A stretch of 29,740 nt of DNA from a virus. Lineage: Duplodnaviria > Caudoviricetes. The position numbers were made by a program, and so were the translations under genes. Position 1 is the first letter of the stretch. Every line of letters begins with the position of its first letter. Of this stretch, positions 8,314 through 13,570 are shown piece after piece. The stretch spans positions 1 to 29,740 of the IMG/VR virus record IMGVR_UViG_3300008116_000433. One strand, written 5' to 3'. Under the pieces are notes generated by a model. It was given only the letters and a program-made list of their open reading frames with translations, was not told the DNA's origin and searched no databases.

Positions 8314-8432
8314 TTAAAAGTCTCCCTGATTAGTTCCCACAGACATACCAAAGCGCCTGCTGCTATTACCCACATAAACAAACCCGTAGGTATCAGCACA
8401 AATATCAGTAGTACCCATTCAGCGATTGTCAT
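8310..8432 (-). CDS. Small membrane protein (40 aa)
   Basis: Not in ORF track: MTIAEWVLLIFVLIPTGLFMWVIAAGALVCLWELIRETFK; AAGGAGAGAGCAAATG leader; ATGA coupling downstream. Confidence 0.65.
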   Translation of the reverse strand: MTIAEWVLLIFVLIPTGLFMWVIAAGALVCLWELIRETFK

Positions 8433-8646
8433 TTGCTCTCTCCTTCACTGCTTCGATGGCCTGCCCGATGACGTCCCAATTAACGCCGATGTGTGCGTCG
8501 AATGTCCGAGCGATCAGGTGCATGACTTCCAGTGCCTCGTCATCTGTCAGTTCGATGTCCATCTCACCAGCTTGGCCGTGGATGTCTGACTCGTCCCAGT
8601 CATCACGCAGGATGGGTTTTCCGTTTTCAAAGATTACTTTTGGCAT
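8419..8646 (-). CDS. Hypothetical acidic protein
   Basis: W..SDI...LTDDEALEVM...DAHIGVNWDVI pattern; AAGGAGAAGCAAATG leader. Confidence 0.75.
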   Translation of the reverse strand: MPKVIFENGKPILRDDWDESDIHGQAGEMDIELTDDEALEVMHLIARTFDAHIGVNWDVIGQAIEAVKERANDNR

Positions 8647-8665
8647 TTGCTTCTCCTTTCATCGG

Positions 8666-8687
8666 TTGGGGGTACGCTTACCCCCAA
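8666..8687. repeat. GGGGTA-N4-TACCCC palindrome, copy 3
   Basis: TTGGGGGTA CGCT TACCCCCAA, overlapping the stop codon of the 8678..9400 gene. Confidence 0.85.
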
Positions 8688-9400
8688 TGCTTCAAAACCC
8701 CATGCCATGTCAGCGGCACAGGCGCGTCCTCGGGGAATTTCCCCGAATCCAGAATCTTTATTGCTCTGTTGATAAGTTCGATCTGCTCGTCGGTTTCCTC
8801 GGTCGGGTTGGCTCGGTGTTCCCTGATGGCCGCGTCGAGTGCTTTGTCGGTGCGTTTGCGCAGCGCGTTGCGCTTTTGCAGGGCAGAGGCGACGTTGATA
8901 GTGCGCTCGAAGGGCTTCTTGACCTTTGCCTTGAAATTGCGTGGTATGGCGTCAAACAAGGCCGTGATTTTGGCCTTTACGTTATCCGGCACCCAGTCTG
9001 TCCAATGCTCGCCATTGTTCGGGATGCCCTTCTCCTTTGCCAGCCTGCGGGGCGTGAGCTCGTACGCCTTCCAATACTTCTTGAGTAGGTTGCGCGCCTT
9101 GATCAGCGTGATCTGGTACTGCTCGATCGCAGCATCGCGTTCTGGCACGTTGTACGCCCTGCTGATGTAGCGTGCCATCGACTTGACGCTTTTCAATTCC
9201 GAATCCAGCGGGGCTAAGACATCGCCCCAGAGGACATCATGCTGCTGGCGTCGCATGTGATCAGCCCGTTTAGATTTTCGGTATTGCTGGACTTCCTCGA
9301 CGATCTGGGAAATTTCGATGGGGCGCTTGCCGCGTTTTTGCAGCTCTCGCACCAATGCGTTGTGCGGCATGGCCGCGTACACGTTCATGAGTTTTGGCAT
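8678..9400 (-). CDS. Hypothetical basic protein (240 aa)
   Basis: Long ORF with AAGGAGG SD; HWTDWVP and PLTWHG motifs; function not recognised. Confidence 0.75.
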   Translation of the reverse strand: MPKLMNVYAAMPHNALVRELQKRGKRPIEISQIVEEVQQYRKSKRADHMRRQQHDVLWGDVLAPLDSELKSVKSMARYISRAYNVPERDAAIEQYQITLIKARNLLKKYWKAYELTPRRLAKEKGIPNNGEHWTDWVPDNVKAKITALFDAIPRNFKAKVKKPFERTINVASALQKRNALRKRTDKALDAAIREHRANPTEETDEQIELINRAIKILDSGKFPEDAPVPLTWHGVLKHWG

Positions 9401-9424
9401 CTGCCCTCCTTTGTTTGTATGATT

Positions 9425-9446
9425 TTGGGGGTATCGCTACCCCCAA
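9425..9446. repeat. GGGGTA-N4-TACCCC palindrome, copy 4
   Basis: TTGGGGGTA TCGC TACCCCCAA. Confidence 0.85.
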
Positions 9447-9760
9447 TCGGACAAAGTGTCCGAAACTGTCCGTTGATTTTGAAGTGTTGGACACCCAATC
9501 GGACACTGAAAACCTAGTGCTGGTGCGGGTGAAACGAAAAACTGTCCTAAGTATATATGTTTTTTCAGGGAGACTAAAGCCAAAAGAAACAAAGCAAAAG
9601 TCGAGAGCCGAGAAACGCACACACATAAATATACTCTTATATATATACATGTAATTAGAAATAGATATATATATAGGACAGTTTTTGGACAACGCTAGTA
9701 TTGGCGCGGGTTTTGAGTGTCCGATTAGGTGTCCGAAACGGTAAAATCTACGGACACCCC
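9447..9760. other. Candidate replication origin: nested inverted repeats, GGACA/TGTCC iterons, AT-rich core
   Basis: 11 GGACA/TGTCC pentamers; 28-bp IR 9487-9514/9709-9736 (25/28); perfect 13-bp IR 9537-9549/9674-9686; (AT)n tracts at ~9626-9675. Confidence 0.5.
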
Positions 9761-9773
9761 CGGATACTAGATT

Positions 9774-9796
9774 TTGGGGGTATCGCGTACCCCCAA
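9774..9796. repeat. GGGGTA-N5-TACCCC palindrome, copy 5
   Basis: TTGGGGGTA TCGCG TACCCCCAA. Confidence 0.85.
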
Positions 9797-9802
9797 TGTT
9801 GC

Positions 9803-10006
9803 TCATACCCACTCGGCATCGATGACGCTGGCGTAGTATTCGTGCTCGAATCGTTTGTCGCACATCGAACGAAGCACCACGAAGCCGGTGCTGCTGGGTT
9901 TATGGGGCGGCGTGCCGCTGATCAGGATGTGGGCGTCGTCGCGGAAGTCGTGGACGATCTGGCCGAAGGTGAGTTCTTTGCCCGTGGTTTTGCTGATGAG
10001 TTTCAT
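9803..10006 (-). CDS. Hypothetical protein
   Basis: 67 aa; PPHKPSSTG...EYYASVI motif; AAAGGA SD. Confidence 0.75.
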   Translation of the reverse strand: MKLISKTTGKELTFGQIVHDFRDDAHILISGTPPHKPSSTGFVVLRSMCDKRFEHEYYASVIDAEWV

Positions 10007-10017
10007 GGTGTGTCCTT

Positions 10018-10203
10018 TCAGATACGGAAGTTGGGGTTGGTGTGCAGGTTGTACTGCTTGGCTACTTCGAAAACGTGCTGCTGTGTGCCGGTAGTGCGAG
10101 TGCTGCGGTAGATCGCCGATAGTCCACGCGCTGCGGCATCTGGGTTATCGACGAGCAGGTGCATCAGGGAGCGATCGACGAGTTTGCGTTCTTGCTTGGT
10201 CAT
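10018..10203 (-). CDS. Hypothetical protein
   Basis: 61 aa; AARGLSAIYRS motif; AAAGGA SD. Confidence 0.7.
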   Translation of the reverse strand: MTKQERKLVDRSLMHLLVDNPDAAARGLSAIYRSTRTTGTQQHVFEVAKQYNLHTNPNFRI

Positions 10204-10235
10204 GATTTTTCCTTTCGGGTTAGGTTAGACAGAGA

Positions 10236-10266
10236 ATGAAACAGCGGCCACCCCTCAGATGGCCGC
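10236..10266 (-). terminator. Possible intrinsic terminator
   Basis: Minus-strand GCGGCCAT/GTGGCCGC stem followed by TGTTTCATT (weak U tract). Confidence 0.35.
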
Positions 10267-10280
10267 GTCGAAAAAGATTC

Positions 10281-10296
10281 GGGGTACGCTTACCCC
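10281..10296. repeat. GGGGTA-N4-TACCCC palindrome, copy 6
   Basis: GATTC GGGGTA CGCT TACCCC CAAAATC. Confidence 0.85.
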
Positions 10297-10301
10297 CAAA
10301 A

Positions 10302-10727
10302 TCACTCAGCATCAAACGAGATGCCAGCCTTGACTTCCGCCAGAATCGCTGCGAGCTGCGCTTTGGATTCGACGCCGGACTCGATCAGCAAGTCCTGAAT
10401 CGCACCGACGAGCTTTGCATCGACCTTCGGCGCAGCGGCCTTCTCGTGACGCGACGATGCAGTAGCGGCCTCGTTCTTGGGGTGCATCTTGCGAAACTTC
10501 TTGAGTTGCTGATACGGCGCGGAATCCTTCTCGAATGTAGGCAAACCGGTTTGCTTGGACTCGTGCGACTCGACGCCGTAGTGCTCGGCAAGAATCGCGG
10601 CTACTGTGATGATCCACTTCTTGAGCGGCATCGATGCCGCTTGCTCTGCGACCTTGCCGTCAGCCTTCAGCATTGCATCGCTGGCCTTGATGGAATTGAC
10701 GATCAGGGTTTTGATTGATGTTGACAT
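10302..10727 (-). CDS. Hypothetical protein, first gene of the leftward arm (141 aa)
   Basis: AAAGGA SD before ATG 10727; Ala/Lys-rich. Confidence 0.75.
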   Translation of the reverse strand: MSTSIKTLIVNSIKASDAMLKADGKVAEQAASMPLKKWIITVAAILAEHYGVESHESKQTGLPTFEKDSAPYQQLKKFRKMHPKNEAATASSRHEKAAAPKVDAKLVGAIQDLLIESGVESKAQLAAILAEVKAGISFDAE

Positions 10728-10786
10728 GGTGTGTTTCCTTTCAGGGTTGATTGATAAATGAATGTGCCGTTTCGCAGCACAATTAC

Positions 10787-10795
10787 AGTATACCA
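10787..10795 (-). promoter_or_regulatory. Extended -10 promoter for the leftward arm
   Basis: Minus-strand TG-G-TATACT about 60 nt upstream of the first leftward gene; no clear -35. Confidence 0.5.
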
Positions 10796-10841
10796 AATGC
10801 CCGATTGACCCCTATTCTCTGCGGCTTTAGATGCCCGATTC

Positions 10842-10857
10842 GGGGTACGAATACCCC
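10842..10857. repeat. GGGGTA-N4-TACCCC palindrome, copy 7
   Basis: GATTC GGGGTA CGAA TACCCC CAAAATC; flanks match copy 6. Confidence 0.85.
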
Positions 10858-11101
10858 CAAAATCACCCCCTCGGCGATGCGAAATCGGCAACAGCGATCC
10901 CCACCGTACCCCCACCCCCCTAGAATTTTTGACGGGGGGTGCTCCCACACGAACACTATTCCGTAGCCATCCCCATTTCTCCGTTATCACTTAGACAATT
11001 AGTCCCACCACGGGACCCCCCTCCCGCGCAAACCCGCGACACCCCCATCATTTTGCAAAAATTCAAAATTACTCTGTCTAAACTTTGACTGTTTAGGCCA
11101 C

Positions 11102-11123
11102 AAAAAAGCCCCCGAAGGGGCTT
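11102..11123 (-). terminator. Intrinsic terminator
   Basis: Minus strand AAGCCCC-TTCG-GGGGCTT followed by T run; C(UUCG)G loop. Confidence 0.85.
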
Positions 11124-11290
11124 GATTGCGCGGTCCTGTTTCTTGGTCACGCTGACCTCAGACGGGGTAGATTAGCCGTCGATGCTTCCGCTTATGCTCG
11201 GTGTTGGAACAGGTATGGACAGGCTGCATTCCCCTGCAAGTAGTAGGCCGAAGCGCCCCTTTTACCCTTGACCTGCCCATACATCTTGGC
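11102..11290 (-). ncRNA. Candidate structured ncRNA (two multi-branch domains plus terminator)
   Basis: 12-bp stem 11213-11224/11271-11282 with two G-U pairs valid only on the minus strand; further stems 11135-11140/11208-11213, 11161-11180 and 11145-11157. Confidence 0.45.
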
Positions 11291-11297
11291 TTTTGAG

Positions 11298-11326
11298 AAA
11301 AAGACCCCCAGACCGGAGCTGGGGGT
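11298..11326 (-). terminator. Intrinsic terminator
   Basis: Minus strand ACCCCCAG-N7-CTGGGGGT-CTTTTT. Confidence 0.7.
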
Positions 11327-11398
11327 AAAAATCGTCCCACGGTGAGAAGAGACGAGAAGGAGAAGCAAATGGAAAGCGTTACCGCTTGCGCACTTGCA
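11298..11398 (-). ncRNA. Candidate trans-acting anti-RBS sRNA
   Basis: Own promoter; AAGCG-GUAA-CGCUU hairpin; unpaired seed CCAUUUGCUUCUCCUUC; hairpin 11332-11355 plus U5; second terminator. Seed is complementary to early-gene RBSs. Confidence 0.6.
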
Positions 11399-11414
11399 AA
11401 TCAGAATATACACT
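11386..11414 (+). promoter_or_regulatory. sigma70-like promoter for the packaging/structural operon
   Basis: TTGCGC (11386-11391), N17, TACACT (11409-11414), ~30 nt upstream of terS ATG 11444. Confidence 0.6.
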
Positions 11415-11433
11415 CCGCCCAACGAGGTTGCAA
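11405..11433 (-). promoter_or_regulatory. Divergent sigma70-like promoter (candidate sRNA promoter)
   Basis: Minus strand TTGCAA (11433-11428), N17, TATATT (11410-11405). Confidence 0.6.
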
Positions 11434-11443
11434 GGACCTGCGC

Positions 11444-12052
11444 ATGCTAGACCACCTGATTGACTTTACGCCCGATGTGGAACCGGATTCCACCGGTGTC
11501 CTGCCGCTTGCAAAAGCGCATCCCGCCAATGCGGTAGATGGCAAGGTCGAGACGGCCGACTGGCTAAAATCACTTGGAGCCGCGGGCGACGAGGTGTTGA
11601 CCGAAATGGGGGCCGAAGCTTCCCGCCAAGCCTTCTCCAACCTTGTCACCGGTCAAGCCCACGAACAGACCCACGCCGCACTTGCCAAAGTACAAACCCC
11701 CGCCGCCGTACAACATCTGGTCGGTATGCTCTCCGCATACGATTGGGAATTTGTCGAGCGCGCCAAAGAGATTCGTGGCTACGCCGTAGCCCAACTGCTG
11801 GAAGAAACCCGACACCCCACCGCGTCCGTGCGGCTAAAAGCCTTGGCCCTTCTGGGTAAAGTGACCGAGGTGGGATTGTTCACCGACAAGATCGAGGTCA
11901 AGAAGTCCGATCTGTCCGACGCCGAACTGGACGCCCGGATTAAAGAGAAGCTGGGCAAGATGGCCAAGATCGTCGAGATTTCTGAAGTGCAGGATGTCGA
12001 TGTCAAAGACTTGACAGGGGGTGAGGATGAACAAGCCGATCCTGAGTCCTGA
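11444..12052 (+). CDS. terS: Terminase small subunit (putative)
   Basis: Directly upstream of and overlapping TerL; RLKALALLGK...GLFTDKIEV motif. AAGGA SD before ATG 11444; alternative in-frame ATG at 11369. Confidence 0.7.
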   Translation: MLDHLIDFTPDVEPDSTGVLPLAKAHPANAVDGKVETADWLKSLGAAGDEVLTEMGAEASRQAFSNLVTGQAHEQTHAALAKVQTPAAVQHLVGMLSAYDWEFVERAKEIRGYAVAQLLEETRHPTASVRLKALALLGKVTEVGLFTDKIEVKKSDLSDAELDARIKEKLGKMAKIVEISEVQDVDVKDLTGGEDEQADPES

Positions 12053-13559
12053 CGAAATACGGGCGTTGCAGACGGTCTTGCCCAACCTCTCGCCGCAAGA
12101 AAAGGCAGAGTTGCTGGCTGACTTGGAAGAGCGATCGGCCCGAGCGTCGCTGACGATCGGTCGGGATTCTCTGCTTGGGTTTGCCACCCACGTCTACCCC
12201 GGCTTCAAGATTGGCCCCCACCACAGGAAGCTGTCCAAGATATTCGAGGACGTAATTGCCGGTAAGAAGAAACGTGTTATTATCAATATTGCACCACGTC
12301 ACGGCAAATCCGAATTTTCTTCTTACCTGTTCCCGGCGTACTTCTTGGGGCACTACCCTGACAAGAAGATCATCATGGGAACGCACACTGCGTCCTTGTC
12401 CGAAGACTTCGGTCGGCGGGTAAGGAACCTGATTGATTCCGATGAATACAGAGAACTCTTCCCGAACACGCGTATCGCTGATGATCAAAAAGCCTCCGGA
12501 AAATGGTCTACGGCCGCTGGGGGACAGTACTATGCGGCGGGTGTCGGCGGTGCTCTGGCCGGTCGCGGTGCTGATCTTTTCGTTATTGATGACCCTCACT
12601 CTGAGCAGGACGTTAAGTCAAATTCTAGACTTGCCTTCGATACTGCGTGGGCATGGTTCCAAACAGGTCCGTTGCAACGTCTCATGCCCGGAGGGGCGAT
12701 CATAGTCATTATGACTCGCTGGTCATTGCTTGACCTGACCGGTCGTTTAATAGACTACCAGACCAGAAACCCTGAGACCGAGCCGTGGGAGATCGTAGAA
12801 CTTCCGGCCATCCTGCACGAAGACACCGAAAAAGAGAAAAGCCTGTGGCCAGAGCAGTGGCCGCTGCACGCGATGAAGGCGATCAAAGCCTCGCTCGACC
12901 CCCGGTATTGGAACGCGCAGTACATGCAGCAGCCCACGTCCGAGTCTTCGGCCATCATTGCCAGAAAGAGCTGGCGCATCTGGCCACACGACGACCCGCC
13001 CACTTGTGACTACATCATCCAGAGCTGGGATACGGCGTACGAAGCCAAAACCAGCGCTGACTATTCTGCTTGCACGACGTGGGGCGTCTTCTACAATGAG
13101 GAAGAGAACGACGACCCGCAGATCATCCTGCTCGATGCGTTCAAGGACCGGATGGCCTTTCCGGAATTGAAACAGATTGCGCTGAAGCATTACAAGGATT
13201 GGCAACCCGATGCGTTCATTGTGGAGAAAAAGGCAGCAGGTGCTCCCCTCATCCAAGAGTTGCGGGTCATGGGTATCCCTGTCCAAGAGTTCTCCCCCAG
13301 CCGAGGCAACGACAAAATCGTCCGAGTCAACGCTATCGCGGACCTATTTACATCTGGTAAAGTCTGGGCACCCGACACCCGATGGGCACGAGAGGTGATT
13401 GAGGAAGTCGCGGCCTTTCCTGTTGGCGAAAATGACGACTATGTAGATACGACATCGCAGGCACTGCTGCGGTTCAGACAAGGTGGATTCATCCCGTTGG
13501 AATCCGACGAGAAAGACGGGCCAACCGTTTTTAGGCGTAAGAAACACGCCTACTATTAA
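12027..13559 (+). CDS. terL: Terminase large subunit
   Basis: Walker A IAPRHGKS, Walker B LFVIDDP, coupling motif IMTRW, RNase H-like nuclease QSWDTA...IVEKKAAG...NDDYVD. Alternative GTG at 12021. Confidence 0.95.
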   Translation: MNKPILSPDEIRALQTVLPNLSPQEKAELLADLEERSARASLTIGRDSLLGFATHVYPGFKIGPHHRKLSKIFEDVIAGKKKRVIINIAPRHGKSEFSSYLFPAYFLGHYPDKKIIMGTHTASLSEDFGRRVRNLIDSDEYRELFPNTRIADDQKASGKWSTAAGGQYYAAGVGGALAGRGADLFVIDDPHSEQDVKSNSRLAFDTAWAWFQTGPLQRLMPGGAIIVIMTRWSLLDLTGRLIDYQTRNPETEPWEIVELPAILHEDTEKEKSLWPEQWPLHAMKAIKASLDPRYWNAQYMQQPTSESSAIIARKSWRIWPHDDPPTCDYIIQSWDTAYEAKTSADYSACTTWGVFYNEEENDDPQIILLDAFKDRMAFPELKQIALKHYKDWQPDAFIVEKKAAGAPLIQELRVMGIPVQEFSPSRGNDKIVRVNAIADLFTSGKVWAPDTRWAREVIEEVAAFPVGENDDYVDTTSQALLRFRQGGFIPLESDEKDGPTVFRRKKHAYY

Positions 13560-13570
13560 AGGATCAGTTG

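Noticed and set aside
9270-9863. 197-aa minus ORF and other ORFs across the origin-like region
   Set aside because: They translate repeats and AT tracts into implausible protein and have no convincing RBS.
4274-10857. Palindromes as a CRISPR array or transposon ends
   Set aside because: Spacing is irregular (0.3-2.8 kb) with genes in between; no cas or transposase genes.
11135-11213. Hammerhead-like look on the minus strand (CCUGUU...CUGA-hairpin-GAAA-CAGG)
   Set aside because: The core reads CUGAGGU rather than CUGANGA, extra AA precedes GAAA, and stem I does not start right after the putative cleavage triplet.
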